The position numbers and the translations under genes were made by a program. A stretch of DNA of 62,986 nucleotides, filler included, from Intoshia linei (Eukaryota > Animalia > Orthonectida), in the NCBI GenBank assembly GCA_001642005.1. It is 6 parts of 6 records of this genome, joined end to end, with 100 filler letters (N's around TTAATTAATTAA, not from the genome) between each part and the next. Parts side by side here need not be neighbours in the genome. Positions count along the whole stretch, not along the records: positions 11,462 to 35,512 come from LWCA01000538.1; 5 more parts are not named here. The stretch is one strand, 5' to 3'. A model generated the notes under the pieces. That model searched no databases and was not told where the DNA came from. It saw only the letters and a list, made by a program, of their open reading frames with translations. Shown piece after piece: positions 11,462 to 25,900 of this stretch (position 1 is its first letter; every line of letters starts with the position of its first letter).

Positions 11462-12774
11462 GATGTTGATTTACCCATAATTATCCTAAATTTTGATTAG
11501 CATAATAATTTGGCATACTAAAAATAACCCAAAAATATAAAATGTTCAATAGAATGCTCTTTTTAATTTTTTTTGTTACCATAAAGTTGTATATAGTGAA
11601 TGATTAAATTATAATAAAAAAATAAATAGAATTAAATGACTACTTTTTAAATTATTAATGTTTGAATAATAACTTAAAACGCAGTGTACATTCTATTAAC
11701 TCGTTTACTAATTAGGAGGTAGGGTTTATTTTAACGATTAATAAATTAAACGAAGAACATGAAAAATTATATAGCGAAACATTATTATATACATTACATT
11801 ATGTACCTTGGTAAAATTATTGAGAACTCACATTTTATATTGACTCGTTTTTTTAATTGAAATTAGGCTTGCGTGTTAAAAAATATAGCAACCCCTGGAA
11901 GAGGATATGATAATTATCAATGATATAAAATTTAAATTTAGAAAAATTTTAAATTAAATGAAGATAACCTTTTTTAACAATAATATTAACCCTTAGAATT
12001 AAAATTAGAATTGTATCGATCATTTATTATTATTATTAGTGAACGTTGTAATGTTTTAGATACTAAGATATTTACAATATAAATCTTATATTTAATTTAA
12101 TATAATTTCTGGACGATATTACAAATCAATAAAGTTTAAAATGTGACAAAATTACAAACGTAAACATAATTTAATCAAAATGAACTGAAATTTTACTGAA
12201 TAACGTAAATAATTTTCACGTGTGTTAAATTTAATCTATAACGATTTAATTTAGTTCGATCGGAATTCGGGAATCGAACCTACCAAACCCGTCGCCACTT
12301 CAAAAATGAAAAATGGGCCATTAAAAAATTTTGTAAACGAATTATAATGTCATATAACTTTATCCACCTTTATAAGATTTTTGAGTTGACATTTTAAATT
12401 TAACTTATTATTTTTAGTTGTCTAAGACTTTTTTAATTTTTACAAAAAAAGGTAATTTGGGGTTTATAGATAATTATAAGTTTACTACGACAGGAAAGGG
12501 ATGCAATATTTTTATTTTGCGAACATCATCATGAATGTTATTATGTTCACTGTATATAAATATATTTTAGAATAATGTTTATTTGTTAAGTGGTAATTTA
12601 AAACTCATGTTTTAGGTACAGCGTTGGTTGATTTAAACTCGTTGGATCGGTAAACACTTATAGTAGGTCGTCGTATTTGGATTTTTAAACATCTTCATGT
12701 CAAGGATTAAATTTGCTGATTACTACGTACTTATATATTATTTCTCAATTTTAATTGTACTTAGTGAACGTTTT

Positions 12775-13847
12775 TTAATTTAAGGAAATATCTAATAAAG
12801 GAGTCGGAACTACACTCGTGATTGAAGAATAGCTGATATTTTCTTCATAAGTGCATTCATCACAAGATATGAGTTGTATACTATTAGATCTTAGTTTTCG
12901 TTTTTTGTATCCGCTAAAATTATAATTACATTTTTAATTTAAAATGAAATTTACCTATATATCATGCATAACATTATGATGATGAAACTCATAACGATCA
13001 ATAATGACATAGTCAACATAATGTAGATGCCGTGATTGTTATTTATTTTATAGAGTTTTGATTCTAAAGTTGATGATGATTCATCTAGAAAAATAAATTG
13101 TATCGTATAAAGTGTTCATAATTACCTGAATTGGCCTTTTCGTAGTGACAGAGGCCTATAATTAAATATCCATTCCCATATTTGAAATAGGGTAAATTTT
13201 TGCCCTTTGTCGCAACGTTGAATTTAATCAACTTTTTACTTGTGACTTTAATTTTTAAATATGTTACAGATACATAAATACTCGGATATGACACTTTTGA
13301 ACATGTACTACCTTGTAGAATAGTATAAAACTCATCGTTATTTGGAAGTACAATATCTGTTTCTCCGATTTTTGGACAACAAAATTCCAATTTAACTCCT
13401 TCTGAATTGTAATTTCGATCTGAGTTTGACGCTAAATTGATACCATTAGATTACATTTGCTACTCATTGTGTAGACATTAAATAAATAATGATTTAAAAT
13501 TATAACTATTAGATTACCCACATCAGAGTCTTTAGTATTTTTCTTGTATGGATACCAATGAATTGAGCTTTCATCGGTATTTTCTGGACATATTTTTAGT
13601 TTTTTGAACATACAATGGTGAGGCTTATGTATATTAGAATAATAGTCGTTTCTTAAATTACAGAAATGTAGTACTTTGCTGTACGTGGAATTTTTTGATA
13701 TGGATTGAGATTTATCTATACCTATGCTATACTTGTCATCCAAATTTAAACTACTCTTTGACCATTTATATGTATCGTTATTGCAATAATTTATCGAGTT
13801 TAAAATATTAAACTTTTCAGATGGCCAAGAATATTTTATCTCCGTAC
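12775..13847 (-). CDS. ApeC (apextrin C-terminal) domain type-I transmembrane protein; 5' exon not resolved
   Basis: Exons about 13847-13518, 13431-13126, 13084-12955 and 12913-12775. ApeC-like pattern SWP..YC..W..LHFC..HCMFKK..CP..IHW..VKLEFCC..IVLP..F..CSKV..LP..LCHY. TM segment GIYIMLTMSLLIVMSFIIIMLCMIY, then KKRK and a Tyr-containing tail. Confidence 0.75.
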
Positions 13848-14454
13848 CTAATATAAATATTTTTAGCAAATCAAGATTTTATCTAATGGTTAAATATTGG
13901 AACTGTATTTTTATTGGAAAAATTCCAATTTTTACTTATAAAAAATATTTAAAATAAAATTTGTTGAAAATGTATCTTTGTCGAATGTGAACCATTTATT
14001 ACGAAAACTGATTATCTCAGAAATTTCAAAAATAAAAAAGCCACAAAAATTAAGATAAATTTGGCACCTTACTCTTTTATTAACCTTTTAACCTCACACC
14101 ATACCATTTTTATTAAAACTGAAAAATATAATAAAACAATTACAACTAATACGGCTTTTTCCAGTTAATATACACAAAAAAAATCAATCTCAAAATGACA
14201 CGTTCAAGGTCAACTCAGAATTTTACCATTTACTTCTTTTTTTTTGAATTATTTCTTTACATTAAAGTTTCGCACATTAAATATATAAAATAATGGTTTT
14301 AAAAATTAAAAAAGATTATTCTGGTATATTATTTCAGCTAATCATTAGAAAAATTTTAAACCTGACAGTTTACATATTCCTGGTCAAAAATTATTTTGAA
14401 TATGTATTTTCAACTAGTATTTTTTAAATTTATGAATTAAAATGAGAATAATCT

Positions 14455-14781
14455 TAAACCCAACCATTTTTACCAAAAATCAAAATTTACTAACTCTTAG
14501 GGAAAATTCCTGTTTTACCCAACCTTAAAGCAAAAATCGAATGTTACCGTACTAAAACTCGATTTTCCATAAAGGGTTGGTAAATTGATATTTTTCCTAA
14601 AGATGTTGGTAAAAAGGATTTTTTGATTTTAGGATTCGTAACAGTCGATTTTTTCTTTAAGTTTGGTAAAACAGAAATTTTCCCTAAGGGGTTGGTAAAT
14701 TTTGATTTTTAGTAAAAATGGTCGGATTTAAGTAAAAATGCTTGGATATAAATATAAATGCTTGGATTTAAGTAGACACCC
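14455..14781. repeat. Long inverted repeat (foldback/MITE)
   Basis: About 14455-14557 is the reverse complement of about 14628-14732. Related CAACCATTTTTAC units occur at about 35405-35460. Confidence 0.8.
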
Positions 14782-15954
14782 AATTAAAATGGGATGACCA
14801 ATAGTCACTGACCATCAGTACGAATTTATAGTAAAACTAGAAAGTACTAAGTGATTAATAAATGTCGTCTACCAAGATTTGATTTTTAAAATTTTATTTT
14901 AAGATTGAATGTTTGTTTCAAAAAAAAATTTTTAAAACCCAACATTTAACTAAAATATAAATAAAGGTTTTATGGATAAGTCGTACAGTATACAGTACAG
15001 ATTAACGTAACAAGGCAGGATATATTATTAAGATTAAAAATAATTAATTCAATTTATTAAATATAAAATTTATAACTGGAAACACGATATTTGACACAGA
15101 AATCATTGATAACTAATCAATTATTTTGTTTTCTATTAATCTTAAAAACCCCTCTTGAAAGTTTGGTTCAAAAAAAATCGTAATTAAATGGTTTAATATT
15201 AATTAAATGAAAGTTTTACAAATAATTGGAAGGGTTAATTTTTTTTCTTAAATTTATGCTTCTTTATTATCATGGAATTCTCATTAAATCATAATAAGAA
15301 TTTTTTTTAAATGATCGATGGTGATAGAAAATTTAGTTAGTGATTAAAAGTGAAATGGTGTCAACCAATGTGTTTTTTTTTCATTTAAATCGATTCAATA
15401 TTACTATAATAAGTAGGTAGTACCTATACTACAGGGGGCAAAACCTTTCTATCAATTCAGCCGCAAAGCTACTTTATTCATTCAGTTCGGATTACTTACC
15501 TGTCAAATTTTTTAAAAAAGTGAAAATACTGGATATTGAAGGACATGGATAGACCCAGATCTCGACCACAGAAATGGGTGAGAGAGATAGATTAGTATGA
15601 GAGGAGAAACCTTTTATTTTATTCAAAACAACTAATGTTCCAAATTAAAGTTGTATATTTTCAAATTGACATTATATGCGCAACAGCTTGGTATACGAAA
15701 ATAAATATAACCAAAAATACCTGATATGACATTTGATTCCAATATAGCCAATACCATTAAGAAGTAAGATTTAAAAAGTACCATTAGGTCGTAAGATTAA
15801 TAAGAAATAAAAATTTACAGGTGCAGGTTAAAATTTTCTGATATTTATGTTAACTTTAACTTATTTGCTTATCCAATGTTTAAATAGATATTTTTCGATT
15901 ATGTAATTTTGTAAAAATACTTATTTTACTATACATTGTACACTAACTTGCATT

Positions 15955-16085
15955 TTATGTAATTCGTAAAAACAGCAACTAGATCTGCCCAGACCCGTGC
16001 CAGCTGGAATTGCCCTATATAAAAAGAATCTTGCTTAAAAATGCTACTATTCAATGAATACTACTCCCTATTAGCAATCCTTTAA
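15955..16085 (-). mobile_element. Degenerate Helitron 3' fragment
   Basis: TATGTAATTCGTAAAAACAGCAACTAGATCTGCC..AAAATGCTACTATTC..CAATCCTTTAAA is similar to the family consensus. Confidence 0.55.
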
Positions 16086-16924
16086 ACTTTAAAGGGTTGA
16101 TTCTCAGAGTGGTTTACTTTATATCACATACATTTACCGTAAATAATTTACGTATCTAGTAAAATTAAAAATTATATAAGGTCCATTTGATTAATTTTGG
16201 TTACAGTTCTGCCCAATTTCAATATATAAAATTAAATGAATACAAATAAATACAATTAATTGTCAATGTTACCTATTATTTACAAAAATAAACGTACACT
16301 AATGTTATCAAACACAAATTCTAAAACAATTTTGTCTAGTCACTGTTTTATCATGATGTTAAATTTCAAAGTCAAAAACGCATATTACCATATTATCCTC
16401 CATTAATTTGCTTTAATTATAATTATAATGATTATTAGAATGAATTTTTTAGAACCAGCGATTGTCATTGCTCGTGAAATATAAAAATATATATGATATG
16501 TAATCATGAAAAATTCAATCTACAAATTGTAGACTATAATTAGTATCTATTTTGTAGTACAGACAACACCAAATTAGTGAGGTTAATAAAAATTATAAGA
16601 ACCCATACAAAATCTAATCTAATTTTTGAATCTAATAAATGATTATGCTAATAACTAATGCAATTATCATCAATAATATTTTTTCTGTCATGATATAATA
16701 TGCATTACTTACTATTTCTCGAATTCAAGAAATAACTTCATGATACCACTAAAAGCACTAATTAGAAGCACTAATAAATTTCTTTGATTTTGAATTCACG
16801 TAAGTTAAATTTAAATAATAAATATTTAACAAGCTACATTTTAAATTATGGTAATTAATAACAACAGAATAAATAATTCAACATTAGAGGTGTACTGTCT
16901 TCAAATTTATTTATTTTACATTAT

Positions 16925-19900
16925 TTACTCTAAATGAGAAATTCCAGGAATAAGAGTTAAAGTAGAAAATTTAGCAGATATAATTGGTGTAAAGGAACTT
17001 TGAGGGATTAATAAATTACAAATAAAAAGTGTGTTGACATAAAATTCAATAAATTTTCTTTTTATATTCAAATGGATGCCAAGCGTGCAGTCTTTTTTTA
17101 TATTTACACCTTTTTTCATTACACACAATTGCTTGTCCATGATTTTTATTTCATTGCATTCCAATAGCATGCAATACGTAAACGTTAGGATTTCATCTAA
17201 AATATACACACATTAAAGATTAGAGACGGGAAAATACAAATTAAGATGAAACAGGATCGCGAAACGCGACCCGATTTAAGTGGTTCAGAATAGTATATTT
17301 TCAGAGAAAAGACCAATTCAATTGAAAAACAACATTTTTATCATTTCAAGTCAATTCACGGGATATTAAGTTTTTTGTTAAATTAAAATTAAAAGATTTA
17401 AAAAAATAAAATAAAAATTGGAATAAAAGGTTATTCCCAATAATTAACTCAAAAATTTATTGTTGAATTTACTCGAACGTGTATTTATTTATTTCAAGTG
17501 AGGTGTTAAAAGTTTTCACTCTAATTTACAGACAAATGAAAAATTAAAATTAGTTATTAAAAAAATTAGTCTCTAATGATTAGGGGTGTACCAACTCTAT
17601 CAGATCGAGATCAGTGGCCTCAAGCCACCCAGAAAAAGAAAATAGGCCTTTAAAAAATTTTCCACATTTATCCACAAACTATTCATAGCCCCTAACGACC
17701 TCTCTAAGGCTCAAATATTTTAAATTTAACACACAAAAATTTTATGATATTCAAGAATATATTATATATATAATTTGGAAAAACGAAGCCGCCATTTTAC
17801 ATAAATTTAATTGAGCTCCGAAGAGATTCAATATCACCATATTGTTGGAATGCACTGTATATTAAATTTTTAAATATTTCCTTTTTTCAGATAAATATTT
17901 TTTTATGACAAAGTTTGCACATTATCTCTATTTCTAAATCAATGTTTTTAAAAGTAACCTTCAATTATTTCTTGTACGCCCATACAAATTTTATCATCTT
18001 TGTATTCATTCATTCTGTACATCCAATTATGTGAACCATTAGTAAAGCAAACGTTACAAGACACAACTGCATTATTATCAAATGAAATTGTTCGAAGATT
18101 TGAATTGTAATTTACATTCTTTGTCAATGTATGCGTGAATGTTGATTCTAAAATTTCAGTTAAAAATATTAAATGTTAATCCATTAACATTCATATACGC
18201 ACCATTCAAAATTTTCAAAATAATTGAATGATGTTGCTATTTATATAGGTCTACAAAAAAAATAGAAATACTTAAATCTAACCATTTTTAATAAAAATTC
18301 ACTTTTACCAACTATGACATGCGATTCTAAAATACCCCCTCTTTTCACTTTGTTTATTGAATCAGATTGCTTTATATAATCATGAAATTCCATTTAGTTT
18401 ACAAAATGTTAGTCGATATGCTTATCAAGCCTCACTTCCTAGTTAATGCATTCCTTTAACTAATGATGAAACCAACTAATATGATACAATATGTAAAAAA
18501 GGTTGGGAAACACTGCTCAAAACTAAAGCATCTAATATCAAATTTGATGATAATTAATTTTTTTCAATATTTTTTATATAAATTTCAATTGATTTTAAAC
18601 ATAATATAACAACAATAATAATACAACATAACAAAAATAAGCAAAATAATTTAAATAAACAAAACTTTTTATTAAAAAAAAAACAAATAAAACGATAAAG
18701 TGTGAAACATCTACTACACTTGTAGTCAGAGCCATCTTAAGCTACTTCGTGACTCTGAACTAAGCAAAGGGCCGGAGGCCCTTTAAATTTTCAAAGTTTT
18801 AAAGAGCGAAGCGATAAAAAGATTTTAGGGCCCCTTTTTAGAAGACAGGGCATATTGTCGGTTGGAGACTTAGTCTTATTTCATTGAGTATTAATAAAGG
18901 CATTAAAAGATAATATGTAGGTTTCTAGTAACTTTTATTTTTTTTACAAAAACTGACTTAATTAATTACAAATTAATAAGAGAAAATCAAAGATTTCCTA
19001 CTTTCTTTTTTAAATATTCACTTAATAGAAAGGTTTTAATATTATCATTTGAAACAGTTTTTATGTAAATATTATATGATAAACATTGTAAAATATATTT
19101 TAAATTGAATAATTACCAGAATTATGATTATTTAAACTATTTTCTTTGTAGCTATTTGAATTCCCACACTTCAAAATTTATAAACTGTTTCTTAAAATAT
19201 AAATCTGAAGTATTTTTTAATAAATTGGGGTCTCTATATTTAATAAATTTAATTTAATTTATTAAATATATTGTGGTTAAACATTACATAAATATTTATG
19301 ATTTTAAAATCCGTATCAGAGTATATATTTTTTTAAATTCTCCAACTTGTTTGATTTTCAAATAAAAGGCAATTGGGCTTTTTTACCCGTAAGATGTGAT
19401 TTTGGGAGGTTGAAATTTATTTTGCTAACATTGCCGGAAAAACTGTGATTGAAATGTGAAATTTATAAAATTCTAAGACTGGTAATTATTGAAATAAACG
19501 GTAACACACACAAACAAATATTACATAGCATATTATATAAGTAAGGATTTATATCAGGGATGAAACCGTACGGCCATGTGTTATGATAAATGTTACTTCT
19601 AAATTATAAAAGTGAAATAATTACCCGGAGGTGTAAAAAAATAAATAATATCCGATTTGTGATCATTATTAATGGTACAAATGACAATTGAATAAACTTG
19701 ATTAAAATCCAATTGATCAATTTTTAAAAAATAATTACTTGTTATGAATGAATTCTATATAATTTTAAATTTTTAATGGATAATAAAAATATACTTTCAC
19801 TTTTAAGTTGGTGTCATTTTTAATTGCATATATAGGATTACAAATTATTTTAAAATCAATATTTTCAATAATATTTGCCATTTTCCAAGAAATATTGATT

Positions 19901-22900
19901 GAATTTTTTGAAGTGGAATAGTCGGTAATTTTGATGATTGCATCGTTTTCTAATTGGATTTTAGATTTACATTATAAATTGCATACATCATTAATAGTTT
20001 ATAGAAATACATTGTACATTTTACGTATATTTATTTACATATTAGTATATTAAATTCATTATTAATTATTACATTAAAATATAGGAATTAGCATATAATT
20101 AATATTAATAACTTTACAATATTTTTGCATTTATATCAGGGTCATGGAGAGCGAGCAGTAGGGCCGGTCAGATGGAAATTGTAGGCCCCTTATAAATTTT
20201 TTTGTATATACAATGCTCACTCGATCGTTTATTATCCAAAAATTCAAAAGAACCGCTGGAAATCGAATTGGTTATCGAAATTTTAATATACTTAATAAAA
20301 TTTCCAACATTACCTATTAAAAAATTAGGTCCTTATGATTGTAGGTCCGGGACATAGGGTCCCTAACTTCCCTCTCCACGATCCTGATTTACATACATGT
20401 ATTTGTACATATTACAACTCCAGGAAATAGAGTAGAATGTAGAATCATCAATTACCAAATTTATTTGATATTTTGTCCATAGCGCAGGAAGCTATGTTAA
20501 TGGATTCATTAATTTCTTTAATGCATGGAATCAAATTAGAATATAATGTATTGTAAATTTCGTCAGTTTCACCACGATTATAACGGACAAAGCATTTATC
20601 CAAATTACTTATTAATTTTATGATTTCACAATTTCGCGTTTTTGATTCCTAAATAATTTCAATTTAATTAGTATACTCACAAAGATTCATCATATATTTA
20701 GATGCATTTTTCAGTACCACTATCCATAGGAGTAATGCAGATAAAATTTATAAAACCCCTACCAACAGATAGACCCTATTTATTCATGAACTAGCATGAA
20801 TACGTATAAAAATTTACCAGAAAAATTGTTGACATTAAAATTATAAAAATAATTAAATAACAAAATGAAGGATTAAATGAAATGACATTTCTACACACAT
20901 ATCTCTGGGATATTATCCCTTATACAGAATTAAACTTTTTATATGGGATGAAATTTATTTGCATTTGTTAATAATTTCAATAATTGAAAAATTTTTTATT
21001 TTATTTGAAAAGCCCTAACATTTATAGTGCATATAAATCAGCATACCAGCATAAATTCAAATTTAGATTGATTTTTTAAATTATAAATGCAATTTTTAAG
21101 TTTTTCCTTAACATTATCAATTTGGCTAGAAGATTTTTCATTGTTGTATTTATTTTTCAGGTAAATTTTTTCAAAATGATTATTCAGTTTACTCTTCAAT
21201 TCTTTAAATTTTCCTTCAATGCTTTGTATAATTATATTTCCAAAATTTGACCAACATTTTTCAGTTTTTGCACATTCTTCCTAATTAAAATCAAAATTAT
21301 AATTTATTAATATTATAATCTATTAACTAATAATAATAAATAAATAATAATAATAATAATCTATTATAATCTATTAATATATTAACTATTATAATCTGAA
21401 TGTTTGGTTTGCGATTACTTCTATTTACCAGAAAAATCGTTGTATCAATTATAATAATAAGTTAATCATTAATGACTAAAGTCCTATTATGATTCTAATC
21501 AATCACAAACTAATAATAAAGACAAGATATAGTGACAGACTGTTAAACATAACATTAAAAACTTTATATAATTTATTATGTAATGTATATATGTTTAAAC
21601 TTTAAACCCATTAAAACATGACAAATCAAAAATAAAAATTCATAATTAATATACCTCAAATTCGTGTAATCTATCATCAACGTTATGATTCAATTGAGAT
21701 ACATCTTTCGCTTTTTCCGACAAATGAGTTAATAATTTTTTAATGTGTTTCTAGATATACAATTTCAATTTATAGTCGGTAAATATCAAATAGATAAACT
21801 AATTTGTCAATTTAATAATTTATATATAATTTTATAAAAAATATTGATATAATTAATGTGATGAATTTCATTGAACATGTTGACCAAAAACTTTTGGTTA
21901 AGATTTAAAATTACAATGTACAATGTACATTCGTGTAAGGAGTGATTCACAATGGGTGTGTCGTCAGGTGAATTCTAGATGTGTAGTGAACTTTTCAAAT
22001 TTTATTAAATTGTGTTTTATAAATTAGTATTAACGAAACCGCACAACTTTCTCATTTATTTTATAGTTTATAATAAATTTTCTAATTTTTATATTATTTC
22101 ATTAATGAGTAAATTAATTTACATACTTATTATTAAATGATTTATATATTGGTTTATTTTTTTCAATGCATTTTTATACATCAAATTAACGAAATCATAC
22201 ACTGAAAATTTAACAACCAAATATTACTCTGAAATTTATGTAAAATATAAAATTAATACATGATGTATAATTATAATATAATTATTATATAACATACCAT
22301 AACAATTTTTTCAAAACAGAAACTAAACACCATTATACAAAATTATACACCCGTTAAAAACTACTGCATTAATGTATCTTGATTTGTAAATTAAAATGTT
22401 ACCTTTTCTAATATATACGCTATATCGACATTTTGAACGTTGTGCTTTTTGTGATTTAGATTTAAAATACAGGAATCACATATAAAGTAACCACAATCCT
22501 GACAATATAAATTTGGATCAACATTTTCATTGTGAAGGGTGCACAGATTAAAACTGCTCTCTGAATTAAATATTCCAGATTCATTTGATACTAAATTTGA
22601 TTCCACTTCAACAGATTCTAAAGATATTTTTTTAGTCTTCAATAACAAAAATAACCAATTTTTGATGTATATTAAATTGATTTGTTAATAAATTTAAAAA
22701 AAAGAAAATAAAACCGAAATTTCAAGATTTTTGTTTAGGTGAAAAGTGGGATTTATAATGTACATTATCATTAATAATAATTTTTCTTATTTTAGAATGA
22801 AGCAATCATGACCATTTAATGATATACAGTACTGTACAAGTATTCTAAAATTTCAACAATAGGCCAAATTTTCAGTTTCAAATTTTCAAACTAATTTAGT

Positions 22901-25900
22901 TACTATAATTAAATTATTATTGATTATTTTCGTTGTGTTAAAAATTAGCCTATATTCTTTCTATTTTTACAAATTTTTTAGTAATGCAATTACATCATTT
23001 TTGTTTCGATAAATAGTTATTAATATTTGTACTGTATACAGTTATTGAGTTAAAATAATAGTTGAATAATTGAAATGAATTGTTGGATATTACATTTTCA
23101 TGTCTAATAAAATTTTAAATTGATATCTTACATTACACAGCATACAAAATATGTAGTAGTCAAGTGCAAAGTCTAGGGTCAGACAAAAATTTTAAATTAT
23201 TATTTTTCTAAGTGCATATTATAATATCAACCCTTAGACTCTAAGGGTTAGAGTCTAATTTTAATTTAAAAAGAAAATTTAATATAAGTTATTACTAACT
23301 TATAATTATAATAATAATTTATTAGTATCTTATTAGTAAAGAAATAAAAATTAATTTCAAATATGAGCCATAAAACTTAAAATGGTGAGCTGCAAAATTC
23401 ATATTAAATAATAAAATACATTTACAACAAGCCCATTACTAATATCTAAGTAATTTTGTTATTATTAAAATATATGAGTAGTACTCATTGAGTACTCAAA
23501 TCCGTGTAGTTTTGATTTTATCGAAAATTTTGAGTACTTTGGAGTCTAAGGGTTAAATATAGATAATTATCCATTGCATACTAAATATTACATTATTTAT
23601 TACTAAAAAATGGAAATTCAACTACAATGTCAAAAGCTTTGGCTATTAACATGGCTGATGCGGCATTTTAAGCGAAGCGATATTATAATATTTATTAAAT
23701 CAACGCCAAATTTGAAAAAAATTTCAAATACAGTTTTTCCGGGGGTGTTGGCAAAATAAATTTTAACCTCTCAAACTCACATCTTACGGGTTAATAAGCT
23801 CAATTATCCTTTTTTTTGAAAATCAAACGAAGTTAAATCATCAATTTAAATTAAAAAAAAAAGATTATTCTGATAGAGCTTATTCCAGTCGATATAAATA
23901 CAAAATTCCAACCCCAGAAATCTACGCAGTCCCGGTGAAACATAATTTTTAATATATTATCAACCAATATTTTTCAAATATTTCGATTAAATTCAAAAAT
24001 TGAAAATGTAAATATTGACCCTACAATTTCTAAAAAAATGGGCATTATACGTCTACACATTTCCAATAAAAAAATATGGGTGAAAATCTATATAATTCAT
24101 TCTTTCGCAATTTTTCAATCTCAAATTCTCATTTTCAAAACATTTTGTTTAAAATTTAAATTAAAACTACAACAACGATTACTAAGTAATACAACTTTGT
24201 TATTATCATTTTTATATTTATTACAATCTTTTGCAATATTGGTAAAATTCGCCTGAAATATGTTTATAAATGAAGATTCCGTTAATTATTGCTACATAAT
24301 TGGTATTTTTAAGTATTTATTAAATTGGTACTGAATAGATATCATCACATTGAAAATAATAAAATGGCTTTTTATAATTTTAATTTTTTATGGAATTTAT
24401 GCTATTTATGACAATTTTTAAAATTGGACTGTTTTTACTTTATTTTTAATATTATACACATTCTGTCTAATAAATTAAAAAATTGAGATAAATTGTTTTT
24501 AAAATTCTTTACGCAAATTTTAACAAACAAAATTAAGATGGAATAATTCACTTTATAGTAAAAAGTAATGTGATATGACGGTTCCACCTTAAACAAGTTT
24601 GGGAACCACTCTTTTAAAGGATTGATAATAGTGAATAGTAAGATTTTTAAGTTAGATTTTCAACGTGAATTTATTTTTTTGGTATAATAAAAATGTGCCC
24701 TCAGCAAAGTTAAGTGCTGTTTGTACGTAGTAATTAACAATCAACCGAGTATAATATATAATTAAAAAATAGACACATAAAATCTAAATAAAAAGTAGAC
24801 AAATCCTTTCCCAGTGTTGAAATAATAGATCCATTATTTTATCAATGAATTATTGATTTTCTATTCTTATATCCATTTTATTAAATTTTTGATAAAAGGA
24901 AATGGAATGATATTAATATTAAATTATGTCATTAAGATGAATTATTAATTATTATTTTTCTATTAATCGGATTATCTGAATTCGTATGTAATCAAAAAAT
25001 TGGAAAAGTTTTATAGGCTTTTTATAATTTTTAAGTTTTATCGAAAAAAGAATTTGATAATCTTTGAAATGTCTTTGATGAAAAATAGAGTTCACTCCGA
25101 TTAAACCTAGATAATGCGGATTATTTTTATTTTATCTAGTAATTCAAGTACCAGGAATCATAGATATCAATAGTCTGTCGCTAATTAAATAAAGCGATGA
25201 CCGTTTTATAAGTGTGCCGTGAGTTTTTTATAATATAAATGTATTTTTTAAGTAAAAGTAAATGGACATTGATGGTTATTTTTTATAAACTTTTCAAAGT
25301 CTATATTTTGTTATCAGCTTAACTACCGAATAAAAGAAAAATGAGAAATTATCAAAATCGAAGATGAAATAAAAAATATTTTGTCGAGATCAACCACGTT
25401 TCAATCTATTTACTCTGAAAAGCATTCAAACTCCGTATAGCCATATGTTAATACAAAATATTGAATAATTACAATAATTTCTATAATTTAAAAATATAAA
25501 ATTAACCCAAAATTTTAATATAATATAAATTCTGAGATAAGTTCTTTAAATCATATGCATTATAATAAATTGCTACCTCAACAAAGTGCATTTTCACTAC
25601 TGAAACCTCTTAAGAAGATTATTCACCAAAGTTTTTAGAGATTGTAAATAAAAAGTGATTTAGAAATTTTTTAATTTTGAGAACGACCGATTTATAGTAT
25701 ATTAATAAAGTGGTCAAGTTATCGCATCCCAAAGATCAAAAATGTATTTTAATTTATGGATGACACTATTATTTTCCAAAAATATTATAAAGAAAACTAG
25801 GTTCATTGCTATGTACTACGTACAAACAGCACCTAGCTCTGTCGAGGGCACATTTTTATTCTACCATTTTTGCCCTGAAGATATATTTTTTTAATTCTCG

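Noticed and set aside
20649-20720. Extra TRIM exon suggested by a GTGAGT donor at 20680
   Set aside because: The phase-compatible frame contains stops, and exons 4 and 5 join cleanly without it.
21300-21395. AAT/CTATT low-complexity tract
   Set aside because: Ordinary intronic microsatellite.
24038-24256. Short hydrophobic ORFs (24038, 27673, 30302, 33957, 35557, 35978, 36136, 44716, 47325)
   Set aside because: F/I/L/Y/K/N-rich products expected from AT-rich DNA or lying inside repeats; no recognisable motifs.
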